Assembly (NCBI GenBank): GCA_964447405.1
Contig: CAYUSP010000003.1
Coordinates: 384,135-448,134, forward strand
DNA length: 64,000 nucleotides
Direction: 5' to 3'
DNA from: an uncultured Nitrospiraceae bacterium
GTDB lineage: Bacteria; Nitrospirota; UBA9217
The notes beneath the pieces are model-generated. The model ran no database searches and was not told the DNA's origin. It saw only the letters and a list, made by a program, of their open reading frames with translations. The position numbers were made by a program, and so were the translations under genes. Each line of letters begins with the position of its first letter. Within the stretch, counting starts at the first letter, position 1. Positions 23,096-33,051 of this stretch are shown piece by piece.

Positions 23096-23506
23096 AACTC
23101 TTTTATCGCAGAGGACGCAGGGAAAGACAGAAATTTATCAGCCGCGGATTTTCGCGGAAAAGACGGATAAGGTCGGTTTAAAGAATCAAAACCATGGAGT
23201 GCTATTTTCCTCCAATCAGTCCAATGCCTGATGTTTATCCGCGTTCATCCGCGAAAATCTGCGTCCAAATAAAATACTTTACAAACCAGGATCTTAAAAT
23301 TCAAGTCAAGTTCTGAGTCAAAAAAAACCATTTTCACACGAAGCCGCAGAGCACACGAAGAAAATCTTAAGTCTGGAATTATTTATCCTGAATCTCTTCG
23401 TGGCTTCGTGCCTTCGTGTGAGACCGAATTAGTTCATGACTAATCGGTCTGAGGTTCACCCCGTTAATTATTACGCTCTCTGCGTCCTCTGCGGTCAATT
23501 CCGTTT
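23096..23506. repeat. Structured intergenic insert bounded by inverted copies of the motif CCGCAGAGGACGCAGAG
   Basis: Motif at 23106-23120 (+) and 23476-23494 (-); internal hairpins ccgcgGATTTTcgcgg, cacacgaagccgcagagcacacgaag / cttcgtggcttcgtgccttcgtgtg, ccgaattagttcatgactaatcgg. Confidence 0.55.
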
Positions 23507-24724
23507 CTAGCTTTTTAAAGCGAGCACCGGATCCATCTCAGCCGCTTTTTTCGCGGGATGAATCCCGGCGAGTATCCCGACAAGCACCGAGAAAATGAAC
23601 CCGAGCACAAAAGACTCCCACGAGGGCATTGCCGGCATTTTCCCCTTGCTCAAAATGGGGAGCAGAATTGCGGCAACCAGCCCAACGAGCACACCGATAA
23701 TACCGCCCATGAGCGTGATCAAAGACGATTCGATCAGGAACTGGTTCTTGATGTCCTTTTTTCGGGCCCCGACAGCCCTGCGCAAACCGATCTCCTTCAC
23801 GCGCTCACCCACGGAGATCAGCATGATGTTCATAACTATGATCCCGCCGACGATGAGCGATATAAGCGATACAAGCCCGAGAAAGAGATTGAGCGTACCC
23901 ATCATGCCCTTTGCCATCTTGCTGACAGAAGAGGCCCCCCGCACGCGAAAATCTTCGGGGAATCCCGGCTGTATGTGATGCCGCTCCTTGAGCAATGCAG
24001 TAACATCGTTCTCGATCTTCTCTACCTGGTTCGAATCAATGGCAGCAATGCGGATGATGTTGACATACGGCGTATTGAAAACCCTTCTGCTGGCGGTCGT
24101 GTACGGAATTAAGATGCGGCTGTCCATGTCCATGCCCATGGGGCTGGTCCCTCGCGCGCCAAGTACGCCAATGACCTTAAAATTCACATTTTCGATCCTG
24201 ATGTTCGTACCAGTGGGATCTGCATTGCCGTACAGTTCGCTTACCACGGTCTTACCGAGCACGGCCACTCTGGCCATGCCTGCCATGTCCTCCTCGGAAA
24301 AATAGTCTCCGCTCTCCACAGGCCAATCCCACGCGTCGCCATAGTTCACGGTGCCGCCGTAGATCGTGGTGTTGGTGTTGTTCTCCTCGTACTTCACGGT
24401 CCGTCCGAGCCGAATGAGCGCGGCATCCATTGCCTTGATCCCTTTAATTTCCGTCAGTACCGCTTGGGCGTCCTCAAGGGTCAAGGTATTAACCTTTTCA
24501 TCAGGAGGCCCCAGGACCTTGCCGCCGCCTGCGAAGATCATCACCGCATTTGCTCCGAAATTCTGAACAGTCTTCATCACCTTGGCGCTTGCGCCTTTTC
24601 CCACGGAAACGATCACCGTAAGGGTGGTTATTCCGATAATAACGCCAAGCATCATCAAGAATGCCCTCATTTTATTCATGCCGATCGCCTTCATGGCGAG
24701 TTTAACTGTCTTTGCCTGTTTCAT
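23507..24724 (-). CDS. ABC transporter permease, FtsX/MacB family (first permease)
   Basis: 405 aa; same architecture as 21875-23095 (EIGLRRAVGARKKDIKNQFLIES). Confidence 0.85.
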   Translation of the reverse strand: MKQAKTVKLAMKAIGMNKMRAFLMMLGVIIGITTLTVIVSVGKGASAKVMKTVQNFGANAVMIFAGGGKVLGPPDEKVNTLTLEDAQAVLTEIKGIKAMDAALIRLGRTVKYEENNTNTTIYGGTVNYGDAWDWPVESGDYFSEEDMAGMARVAVLGKTVVSELYGNADPTGTNIRIENVNFKVIGVLGARGTSPMGMDMDSRILIPYTTASRRVFNTPYVNIIRIAAIDSNQVEKIENDVTALLKERHHIQPGFPEDFRVRGASSVSKMAKGMMGTLNLFLGLVSLISLIVGGIIVMNIMLISVGERVKEIGLRRAVGARKKDIKNQFLIESSLITLMGGIIGVLVGLVAAILLPILSKGKMPAMPSWESFVLGFIFSVLVGILAGIHPAKKAAEMDPVLALKS

Positions 24725-25404
24725 TATGCCACCTTCCTTTCGTCGCTCACGATCCTGCCGTCGCGCATCCTGATGATCCGGCTTGCCCGCTCTGCGATCT
24801 CGTCGGAGTGCGTGACCATAATGATGGTTCTGCCGTCCTTATGGAGCTTGTCGAAGATGGACATGACCTCGGTGCTGGAGGCGGTATCGAGATTGCCCGT
24901 GGGCTCGTCCGCGAGCAGAATGCTCGGATCGTTCACCAGAGAACGGGCAATGGCCACGCGCTGCTGTTGTCCGCCCGAAAGTTCACTCGGCACGTAATGC
25001 ATGCGGTCGCCGAGGCCAACCTCCTCAAGCGCCGTGGATGCAAGAGCGTTCATGTCCAGTTCGTCCGTGCTGTAGATGAGCGGGAGCTGCACATTTTCCA
25101 GCGCTGTGGTGCGAGCCAATAGATGGAATGACTGGAACACGAAGCCGATCTTCTTGTTGCGTATAGAGGACAGGTTGTCATCGTCCATCTTATCCACTTC
25201 AATCCCATCAAGACGGTACTCTCCGGTGCTCGGCTTGTCCAGACACCCGATGATGTTCATGAGCGTACTCTTGCCCATGCCTGACGGTGCCATGATGGCA
25301 ACATACTCGCCTTTCTCGATCTTGAGCGATACGCCCTGCAGCACCTTTACTTCCAAGCCCCCGTTTTTAAGATACGTCTTGGTAATGTCCTTTAACTCGA
25401 TCAT
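24724..25404 (-). CDS. ABC transporter ATP-binding protein (MacB/LolD-type)
   Basis: Walker A APSGMGKST, signature LSGGQQQRVAIARS, Walker B ILLADEPT. Confidence 0.92.
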   Translation of the reverse strand: MIELKDITKTYLKNGGLEVKVLQGVSLKIEKGEYVAIMAPSGMGKSTLMNIIGCLDKPSTGEYRLDGIEVDKMDDDNLSSIRNKKIGFVFQSFHLLARTTALENVQLPLIYSTDELDMNALASTALEEVGLGDRMHYVPSELSGGQQQRVAIARSLVNDPSILLADEPTGNLDTASSTEVMSIFDKLHKDGRTIIMVTHSDEIAERASRIIRMRDGRIVSDERKVA

Positions 25405-25485
25405 ACGGTCCTCCGATATAATATGTTCTCCAGCGGCATTGAAAATCCAGACTCCGAACTCCAGACTACGAACGCCTTATTATCA

Positions 25486-26595
25486 TTATTTCCCGCTCAC
25501 AACCACCACATCACCCTCCTTAAGGCCTGAGGTGATTTCCAGATTCGAGCCTTCCTTCCACCCGGTCTTGACCGGGATGCGGGAGGTCTTCCCGTCCCTG
25601 GCCTGCAGCATGACATATTTTTTCCCGCCTTCCCGTACAACCGCGGCACCTGGTACGACGAGCACGCCTGTTTTTTTCTGAAGGGTGATCGTCACATTCG
25701 CGGTCATGTCCGGTTTGAGTTTGCCCTCGGAATTTTCTATGCTGATCAAGGTTATATAGTTGACGACATTCTCCTGCAGCACCGCCCGTGGATAGATCGC
25801 CGTGACCCTGCCCTTGAAATCCTTGTCCGCAAAAGTGTCCACGGTAAAGAGCGCTTCCTGGCCCACGTTGATCTTGCCCACATCGGTCTCGTCCACATAG
25901 GCGTTCACTTCGAGTTTGTTCAGGTCGATAATCGTGATGAAAGTCGGCGCGCTGAGCCCAGCGGCAACGGTCTCACCCTGCTGAGTCGTGACCGAGGCGA
26001 TGGTTCCGTTGATCGGCGCGGTGATCGTCGCATAGGAGAGCTGCGCTTTTGCGTACTCCTGGTCGGCCTTTGCCTTCATGACCCGCGCCTTTGCTATGTC
26101 ATGGACGTTCTGAAGCGCATCGATGCTCTGCTGGGCAATATAGCCCTCTTTGGCGAGCGGCTTATCCCGCTCCAGATCCAACTTCGCCTTGTCGAACGCA
26201 GCCAGGACCTCAAGATAAGAAGCCTCTGCCTGGTCCGCCCGTGCCTTCAGGTCATCCTGTTCAAGCCTAACCAGGACCTGGCCCTTCTTGACCCGATCTC
26301 CGATATTGGCGTACAGATGCTCCACCTTGCCGGTGGTCCGCGCCCCGACCTTCACCTCGGCGCCGACCTTGGGCTTGATGATGCCTGTTGCCTGGACCAG
26401 GGATCCCATATCGCGTTTTATTACAACAGCCGTGGTAACAGCGAAATCCGACTTGTCATTGCCTGCCCTGGAATTGGCGACGACTGCAACGATGGCGATT
26501 ACCATGATCGCGGATGCCGCCGCTATGCTAAGTTTCTTTTTTGTTGTCACAATAAACCTCCCTGCTTTACGCTTCTGAATGTCAAAATCTTTCAC
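25486..26595 (-). CDS. Efflux transporter periplasmic adaptor subunit (HlyD/MacA family)
   Basis: N-terminal TM anchor, coiled-coil hairpin, beta-barrel and MP domains typical of MFP adaptors. Confidence 0.85.
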   Translation of the reverse strand: MKDFDIQKRKAGRFIVTTKKKLSIAAASAIMVIAIVAVVANSRAGNDKSDFAVTTAVVIKRDMGSLVQATGIIKPKVGAEVKVGARTTGKVEHLYANIGDRVKKGQVLVRLEQDDLKARADQAEASYLEVLAAFDKAKLDLERDKPLAKEGYIAQQSIDALQNVHDIAKARVMKAKADQEYAKAQLSYATITAPINGTIASVTTQQGETVAAGLSAPTFITIIDLNKLEVNAYVDETDVGKINVGQEALFTVDTFADKDFKGRVTAIYPRAVLQENVVNYITLISIENSEGKLKPDMTANVTITLQKKTGVLVVPGAAVVREGGKKYVMLQARDGKTSRIPVKTGWKEGSNLEITSGLKEGDVVVVSGK

Positions 26596-26791
26596 CGCAG
26601 AGGACGCAGAGGAAATCTTGCATTAAGTTCTCTCAAATCCTGCTCCATCTGCATTGCTCGGTTTTCACCTGTGTCGGCAACTTGATCTATTTAAGACTAC
26701 GCCACGATCTTAAAACTGCTTGCGGACAAATCTTTTCGACCCTTCCAGTCCTCTTCACTTGCTCCATTGAATTCCTCTGCGTCCTCTGCGG
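26595..26791. repeat. Second copy of the CCGCAGAGGACGCAGAG-bounded element (between macA and tolC)
   Basis: Motif at 26595-26612 (+) and 26774-26791 (-); interior shares GAAATCTT..AAGTTCT with the 23096-23506 element. Confidence 0.55.
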
Positions 26792-26818
26792 TAAATAAGT
26801 TTTTCAGGTTTTTATAAA

Positions 26819-28189
26819 TCATTTTATGCTACCTTCGACCGCCGCATATCGTTTTCCTGTTACACGATCAAGACGCGCGGAAGCTGCCTGGTAATCGCTG
26901 ACAGCCCTGACGTACACCACCTTTGCCTGGGTCAGGTCCGTCTCCGCAGTCAGCACCTCGATGTAGGTCGCCTTGCCCCGTTTATAGAATTCCATTATTG
27001 CTTTGTATGCTTCATCCTGTGCCTCTACCAGTCTTTTTGAGGACCGTATGGAGGCAAGAGCCGTACGGATATCAGCAAGCGACTGACTATAATCCACTCG
27101 CACCTGGTCCTTGATCGCCTTCTCGCTCCATTCGATCTCCCGGAACCGTGCGCGGGCCTTGCCAACCTGCGCCCGGGTGATGCCTCCCTCGAACAGCGAC
27201 CACTCCAAAAATACTCCTGCCATCCATTCGTCACCCGCGCCGCCCACATCCCGGTCGCGGTATCCGTAATTCCCCTGAAAACTGATCTCTGGCAGATAGG
27301 ACCCTGATGCCGAGTCAATAGCGAGCCGTGCCTGCTCCTTGATTTGCGTGCTCTTCTTGAGATCGGGATTATTCTCGAACACCCGACTAAGTAAAACAGC
27401 ATCCTGTTCCAGCTCCGCAAATGCTTCCGGTAAAGCATCCGCAATGCTGATCTCTGCTTCGATTCCGATGCCAATCGTTTTTTTCAATATCAGTTCGCTG
27501 ATCCGCAGGGCTTCCCGCACCTGGATCAAGCTTCGCTCCGCATCCAGGAATTGGGCCTCGGCCTTGAGAGATTCTACCCGGGTCGCCTTTCCGGCCTTCT
27601 GAAAGCTGTCGGTCAACTTGGCAAATGCTTCGCGCTGCGATTTCGAATGTTCGCCTACTCGCAGCAGTTCCCGGGCCTCTAGAACACGATAATAAGCCTG
27701 GCTCACCGCATAGATCGTATCGAGCCTTGTGGCGTCAGCAGATTCACGCTGCGCGTCAACGGCCTTTGAAGCTGCACGGTTGTTGTACCCGGTCTTCCCA
27801 CCATCGAACAGGAGCTGCTTCAACTTGACCTGCCCCAGGGATTCCTCTGTATACGCCATGGTCGGGAGCGCGCCGACGCGGTCGCGATTGGTCCGGGTAT
27901 AATAGGCGCTGGCAGTGACCTTCGGATAAAGACCTGCCGAGGCTATGCGGTAATCGTTCTCCAGTTCCGTAATCTTTTCCCGTTCGATCTGGAGCCCCGG
28001 ATTCTTATCCAATGCCAGGGCAATGCACTGACCAAGGGAAAGGATCTTGATGTCAGCAGAAACAAGATTAGCATCTGCGTTCATCTGAGGCAGCGGCTGA
28101 TTCCCATGCTCAGCCGCATAAGCGATGGGATCAAGCGCTGCAGCCATCACTAATACTACGGCAGCGGCAATAATCTTTAGACGTACCAT
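26819..28189 (-). CDS. TolC-family outer membrane efflux protein
   Basis: 456 aa; signal peptide, two repeated OEP halves. Confidence 0.85.
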   Translation of the reverse strand: MVRLKIIAAAVVLVMAAALDPIAYAAEHGNQPLPQMNADANLVSADIKILSLGQCIALALDKNPGLQIEREKITELENDYRIASAGLYPKVTASAYYTRTNRDRVGALPTMAYTEESLGQVKLKQLLFDGGKTGYNNRAASKAVDAQRESADATRLDTIYAVSQAYYRVLEARELLRVGEHSKSQREAFAKLTDSFQKAGKATRVESLKAEAQFLDAERSLIQVREALRISELILKKTIGIGIEAEISIADALPEAFAELEQDAVLLSRVFENNPDLKKSTQIKEQARLAIDSASGSYLPEISFQGNYGYRDRDVGGAGDEWMAGVFLEWSLFEGGITRAQVGKARARFREIEWSEKAIKDQVRVDYSQSLADIRTALASIRSSKRLVEAQDEAYKAIMEFYKRGKATYIEVLTAETDLTQAKVVYVRAVSDYQAASARLDRVTGKRYAAVEGSIK

Positions 28190-28343
28190 ATCAGTCTTAT
28201 CCTATCAATTTACGAACGATGGAAGGAAACAAAAAGGGATTATGTTTACGGGAAGTGAACGCAGGATCGGGGATCTGAATCAAAGCAGGAATGCAACCTC
28301 GACGCTGATCAATGTATAAAGAACGATCAGCATCTCATTTCAA

Positions 28344-28832
28344 CTACATCCGCCCCTGATCAGGCGGACACGCCGCCTGACCGCTCCCAACCATGTTCCG
28401 TTCGATGAGATCGAGAAACTTCTGCTGCTGGCCGGCATCGAGTGATGCTTTAATCTCAAGCATATGGCCTGCAATCATTCGCTGCATCTCTTCCTGTATT
28501 CCGCTTATTTCCTTGATCGTTGACTCAATTGCCTTTCTATCGGTATTTTGCAGACGCATAAGCGCCACCAGTTCTTTTCTTTTTGCATCGATCTTATGCC
28601 TGCGTTTGTCGATCTCCGCGCGAAAGAGCATCCCGTCCTTTTTCATCGCAGCCATCTGCTCGGGCTTCAGGGTCAGCTCTTCGAACAGGAACCGGTCTTT
28701 TTGCATGACCTTGCCAAAGGGCGACACCCATAAACGGGACTGCGAGTAATACCGGTATCCGATGGTTGTGAATATTGTCAGATTCAGGACCAGGGAAATT
28801 GCCAGGGTGAATTTGAGGATGTTACTTTTCAT
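28344..28832 (-). CDS. Periplasmic Spy/CpxP/ZraP-family protein (heavy-metal / envelope stress sensor-chaperone)
   Basis: Signal/anchor segment then LTLKPEQ...LTxxQ-like helical repeats. Confidence 0.6.
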   Translation of the reverse strand: MKSNILKFTLAISLVLNLTIFTTIGYRYYSQSRLWVSPFGKVMQKDRFLFEELTLKPEQMAAMKKDGMLFRAEIDKRRHKIDAKRKELVALMRLQNTDRKAIESTIKEISGIQEEMQRMIAGHMLEIKASLDAGQQQKFLDLIERNMVGSGQAACPPDQGRM

Positions 28833-29274
28833 GGCTGACCTCCGTCATGGCCAGATAGGCATTGCCCAGGGACCCGGGAGGCGTTGCATCAAATAAATCG
28901 AGAGAAAGGGACGATGCTATGTTCGTTGTCTGCGCAGCGACGGTGCTGTTCGTAATGACCCTCCCCGCCAGAATTCCGACCGTGATGACCATGAGCAGAA
29001 CCGCGGCTTCCGCGAATCTGATAAAGAACGGCACAAACCATGGTGCTTTCTTTATCTCCAGGCCCGCGGTCCGGGCAAGCACTCTGGTCGAGAAACCAAA
29101 AGGAGCCTGGTGAGATTCAATAGTCGAAAAGGCCACGTGCAGCGCCCCCATCTCTTCAAGGGCTGCTCTACATCGAGCGCATCCTTGCACATGGATTTCG
29201 AGAGAGGCCTTGTCCGCTCCCTGGAGTTCCTTGTCAAGATATGCTGAAATCTGTATGGATTTTGGACAACTCAT
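28822..29274 (-). CDS. Anti-sigma factor, zf-HC2 type
   Basis: N-terminal HVQGCARC (H-x3-C-x2-C) motif and a single TM segment; overlaps the downstream gene by 11 nt. Confidence 0.7.
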   Translation of the reverse strand: MSCPKSIQISAYLDKELQGADKASLEIHVQGCARCRAALEEMGALHVAFSTIESHQAPFGFSTRVLARTAGLEIKKAPWFVPFFIRFAEAAVLLMVITVGILAGRVITNSTVAAQTTNIASSLSLDLFDATPPGSLGNAYLAMTEVSHEK

Positions 29275-29352
29275 TTCGGCTCCTATCTATTTAAACGGAC
29301 GTATCCGAATTTTGTTCCCTAAAATATTTAATCCTAAAACCAGCAGTTGGAA

Positions 29353-29489
29353 CCACGGATGAACACGGTTAAGACCCAAAATCAACAACTTACTGTAAAT
29401 AAGAGGTTCGTCCAATTGGTGATAATAACTTTTGCCTTAACACTTTCAATCATCAGTGTTTATCAGTGTTTATCAGTGTTCATCTGTGG
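29353..29489. repeat. Inverted-repeat element (CCACGGATGAACACGG ... CCACAGATGAACAC on opposite strand) containing a 10-bp tandem repeat (atcagtgttt, about 3 copies)
   Basis: IR arms at 29353-29368 and 29476-29489; tandem at 29452-29481; a related motif occurs at 11485-11500. Confidence 0.55.
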
Positions 29490-30060
29490 TTAATAGCTCT
29501 TTTAGGTTCATTGATTTTCTGAGCTCTTCCCTTGCCCGCGCGATTCTCGATTTGACCGTGCCCAGCGAAATATCGAGTGTTTCGGCGATTTCCTCGTACG
29601 AAAGCTCCTCGATCTCCTTCAGGACGATGATCGCTCTTAACTTTGGCGACAGCCCTGCTAGGCCTTTTTGCAGTGCCTGGTTTATCTGCTTTGCTTGATA
29701 GAGCTTTTCCGGGGAAGGAGCAACCGAGGCGCGGTCATGGATAAGCTTTTCTCCTTCCTCTGAACTGTTGAAGAGGGATGCGAAAACTGGTTTTCTTTTG
29801 CGATCAATGCAGGTATTTGTTGCGATACGATAGAGCCAGGTATACAGAGCTGCATCAGGTTGGAACTGGGGAAGGGCTTGAAAGGCTTTCAGGAATACGT
29901 CCTGCGCAGCGTCCTGCGCATCATCGGCGTTGCCCAGCATATGCCTGCAAAGGTTGTAGATGCGGTCCTGGTAGGCGCGAAGAATCTCCTCAAAAGCTGA
30001 CGCATCTCCGCTTTTAAACCGTGCTATGAGTTCATGGTCATCGGGATTCTGCACAGGCAT
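29473..30060 (-). CDS. ECF (sigma-70 family, RpoE-like) sigma factor
   Basis: Region 2 (YQDRIYNLCRHMLGNADDAQDAAQDVFLKAF) and region 4 HTH (LSYEEIAETLDISLGTVKSRIARARE). Confidence 0.88.
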   Translation of the reverse strand: MPVQNPDDHELIARFKSGDASAFEEILRAYQDRIYNLCRHMLGNADDAQDAAQDVFLKAFQALPQFQPDAALYTWLYRIATNTCIDRKRKPVFASLFNSSEEGEKLIHDRASVAPSPEKLYQAKQINQALQKGLAGLSPKLRAIIVLKEIEELSYEEIAETLDISLGTVKSRIARAREELRKSMNLKELLTTDEH

Positions 30061-30102
30061 GGTAGGTAAGGGTAAAACTATGGAGTGCTCGATTGATGCA
30101 TT

Positions 30103-30795
30103 TTATTTGTCTTCCCATTTCGTCGGCATAATCAGGTTTCTGATCTTCAGCCACGAGCGCTCCCGCTGCGACATCGACTCGGGCCCGAATATGGCCTTCA
30201 TTTTAATGAGCGACAATTGGTCTGCCAGACCGACTAGTGCGGTAACGCAGCGTCCGATCACGGGAATGCTGCCTGTATGCAGCGCCGAGGCAAGATCAAC
30301 AACGTAGACCCTCCCCTCAACAACCAGGATGTTCGTGCGACGGTGAAGATCAAGATGCACCCAGCCGCGCTTGTGCAGCTCATCCAAAATCTGCTCGAAC
30401 TGATGCATGATATCCAGACCCAGCTCCCCGCGGGTAAATCCACCCAGATCGCGTCCTTCGAGATACTGGACCGCCAGCGAAAATTCCGACAGCCGCTTGA
30501 ATTGCGGAGGAAGGCCTTCGACGTTGATAAGCGCCGTATAGGCGCGGGCTTCCCGTCCAATGACAAAACGGCCGATGAAATGCTTTTCCCAGAAACCCTT
30601 CCGCGAATAGTCCTTTACCACAAAGCGCTGCCCGTCCGCTGCCCGGGTGATGAATACATCAGCCTTGGTGAATCGCCCCTTGATCAGGACCTTCTCCAGA
30701 TTGGATAGTGCTTCCTGGTATGTCAGCGTAGTATGCATGCGGTAGGAGGACGTACGATGATGTCGCATTGTAAAAGCGTGCACGTGCGGAGTCAA
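30103..30795 (-). CDS. Small protein kinase-like protein (Kdo/RIO/lipopolysaccharide kinase-like fold)
   Basis: VVKDY (VAIK-like), WVHLDLHRRTNILV (HxDLxxxNIL catalytic loop), VVDLASA (DFG-like); true start may be an internal Met. Confidence 0.55.
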   Translation of the reverse strand: MTPHVHAFTMRHHRTSSYRMHTTLTYQEALSNLEKVLIKGRFTKADVFITRAADGQRFVVKDYSRKGFWEKHFIGRFVIGREARAYTALINVEGLPPQFKRLSEFSLAVQYLEGRDLGGFTRGELGLDIMHQFEQILDELHKRGWVHLDLHRRTNILVVEGRVYVVDLASALHTGSIPVIGRCVTALVGLADQLSLIKMKAIFGPESMSQRERSWLKIRNLIMPTKWEDK

Positions 30796-30867
30796 GGGAT
30801 TAATGGCAAACGGAAAAAGAAAGGCCTCCTGCGGGGGGAGAGCAGGAGGCCGGAACTATTGGAGGAC

Positions 30868-31353
30868 TTATACTGGAGATTTACTATTGTCATTGCACCG
30901 CTGTTTCCGCCATGCGGGTGCGCCGTTCTCATCGCGCAGCTTCAATACTTCATTGCCTTTTTTGACTTCGGACGCGATAAAAATGTCCGCTCCCCTGCGG
31001 GAGGCCTTTGCCCCAATGATCTCAACAACATCGCCGGAGACGATTTTCACAGTCTGCTGATCGAGATACCACTGGGGCCCTACATGAATGATGGCCTGTC
31101 CGGTGCCTGTATTGAGCTTCAATTCCATGCCCTGTCCTTTACCCCGGTGGTTCGCAATTGGCTCCATGGCAACCACCGTACCGGTTATCGTTTCTGTTTT
31201 ACCTGCCTCGAACGATTGCCAGGGTCCGCGTCCTTTGCCGCAATCTCCGTCCCCTCTGCGCCCGTGTCCCCCGTCCGCCATCGCCGCCGCTGCAAGCACC
31301 AGTGCAACGCCCGCCACCAACAAAACTGCTGTTACTATAACACTCTTTTTCAT
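30868..31353 (-). CDS. Hypothetical secreted protein
   Basis: Signal peptide MKKSVIVTAVLLVAGVALVLAAAA; Gly/His-rich segment; no family assigned. Confidence 0.5.
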   Translation of the reverse strand: MKKSVIVTAVLLVAGVALVLAAAAMADGGHGRRGDGDCGKGRGPWQSFEAGKTETITGTVVAMEPIANHRGKGQGMELKLNTGTGQAIIHVGPQWYLDQQTVKIVSGDVVEIIGAKASRRGADIFIASEVKKGNEVLKLRDENGAPAWRKQRCNDNSKSPV

Positions 31354-31509
31354 ATGCTCCTCCTGACTTGATATAGCCTTCTTGCATAATGAGACACGGG
31401 CTTTGGGATTTGGTTGAATGTATTGATCAGATAATTACGAAAAAAGAAGGGCGGCAATGCAACTTGTGGAACGAAAAGGGAAAAGCGGTGAGTGTTGCAT
31501 GGTTAGAAA

Positions 31510-33006
31510 CTACTTCTTCGCCTCATAATCCATCAGGAACTGCGTCAGGAGCCGGACACCAAATCCCGTGGCGCCCTTTGGCGTATAGGGCCGTTCCTTG
31601 TCAGTCCATGCCACGGTGGCGATGTCCAGATGGACCCAGGGGTATTTCTGCACGAACTTGGAGAGCAGCGCTGCGGCGGTGATGACCCCTCCCGCGCGGC
31701 CGCCCGTGTTTTTCATGTCCGCGATATCGCTCTTGATCTGCTCGTAATATTCTTCCCAGAGCGGCAGTTCCCATACCCGTTCTCCGGTCTTGTCGCCGGC
31801 CGCCCGCATTTGCTGAATGAAGCCTTTATCAGTTCCAAGCATGCCTGCAGCCTCATTGCCGAGGGCAATACCGCACGCGCCGGTGAGAGTAGCGATGTCT
31901 ATAATAACAGCGGGTTTATATCTGCATGCATAGGTAAGCGCATCGGACAGGATCAACCTGCCTTCCGCGTCCGTGTTCAGGACCTCGATGGTCTGGCCTG
32001 ACATGGTGCGAAGGATGTCTCCCGGCTTATATGCTCTTCCCCCGGGCATGTTCTCCGTGGCTGGCAGCAGGCCAACGATGTTCAGGGGCAGCTTGAGAGC
32101 TGCCGCGGTCCGGATCGCACCGAGCACCGCGGCTCCGCCGGACATATCGTCCTTCATTTTGTCCATGTTCTCGGCAGGCTTTATTGAAATACCACCCGAG
32201 TCAAAGGTTATGGTCTTGCCCACCAGGGCAATGAATGGTTTTTTCCCGCCTCGCCGGTATTCGATAATGATGAATTTCGGCGGCTGTGCGCTTCCTGAAG
32301 CAACGCCCAACAGGCCGCCCATGCCAAGCTTATGTATCGCGCCCTTTTCCAGGACCTGGATCCTGAGCTGGAAATCCTTGGCCATCCTCTTTGCCGCGGC
32401 TGCTATGATCGTCGGCGTCATATCAGCCGGAGGATGGTTCACCATGTCCCGGGCCATGAGAGTGGAGTCGGCGATGGCCTCGCCGATCCTTGCACCCTGT
32501 TGCATGTCACGGACGAACGACTTCTTTTCCGCTAGGAGTGTGATCGCCTGAATATCCTTGTCCCGTACGCTGTCGTCACTGGTCTTGTATTTCAGGAACC
32601 GGTAGAGGCCCAGCCTGCTGCCTTCTACTACTGCCTGTGCGAGGTCCTTTGGAGCAAACCTGATGTCGTCTGCAGAGAACGCGATCTCCCGCGCGCCGGC
32701 TGCCCTCAAGGCATTAGCCGCTTTGCCCGCTGCCTGCCGCAGCCGGTTGGTTTTCAGATCGCCGCGTTTTCCCAGGCCGGCGACAAGCAGGCGCTCAGCC
32801 TTGATCCGGCCTTCCGGGTAAAGAAGATGGACTGCACCGGGACTCGGCTTAAAAACGCCCGCCTTGATAAGATGGGAAATCCGGCCGTTAAGCGCCTTGT
32901 CCGCCTTTTGAACCACGCTGCCGGGAACCTTGTCCTCGAAACAGAAGATGACCAGGGCCCCGGTTTTGTGCTTTTCCCAGGATTGTACCTTAACGTTGAT
33001 CTTCAT
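31510..33006 (-). CDS. pepA: Leucyl aminopeptidase (M17)
   Basis: NTDAEGRLILSDALTYA and surrounding M17 catalytic-domain motifs. Confidence 0.92.
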   Translation of the reverse strand: MKINVKVQSWEKHKTGALVIFCFEDKVPGSVVQKADKALNGRISHLIKAGVFKPSPGAVHLLYPEGRIKAERLLVAGLGKRGDLKTNRLRQAAGKAANALRAAGAREIAFSADDIRFAPKDLAQAVVEGSRLGLYRFLKYKTSDDSVRDKDIQAITLLAEKKSFVRDMQQGARIGEAIADSTLMARDMVNHPPADMTPTIIAAAAKRMAKDFQLRIQVLEKGAIHKLGMGGLLGVASGSAQPPKFIIIEYRRGGKKPFIALVGKTITFDSGGISIKPAENMDKMKDDMSGGAAVLGAIRTAAALKLPLNIVGLLPATENMPGGRAYKPGDILRTMSGQTIEVLNTDAEGRLILSDALTYACRYKPAVIIDIATLTGACGIALGNEAAGMLGTDKGFIQQMRAAGDKTGERVWELPLWEEYYEQIKSDIADMKNTGGRAGGVITAAALLSKFVQKYPWVHLDIATVAWTDKERPYTPKGATGFGVRLLTQFLMDYEAKK

Positions 33007-33051
33007 ATGCCCCCAATTGCCTGCGCTGCCTGTACCTGTTGCGGATGAAGT

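Noticed and set aside
30733-31371. 212-aa plus-strand ORF
   Set aside because: - It is antisense to the signal-peptide-bearing minus-strand gene 30868-31353 and to the kinase-like gene.
- Its composition is Arg/Cys-rich shadow-frame-like.
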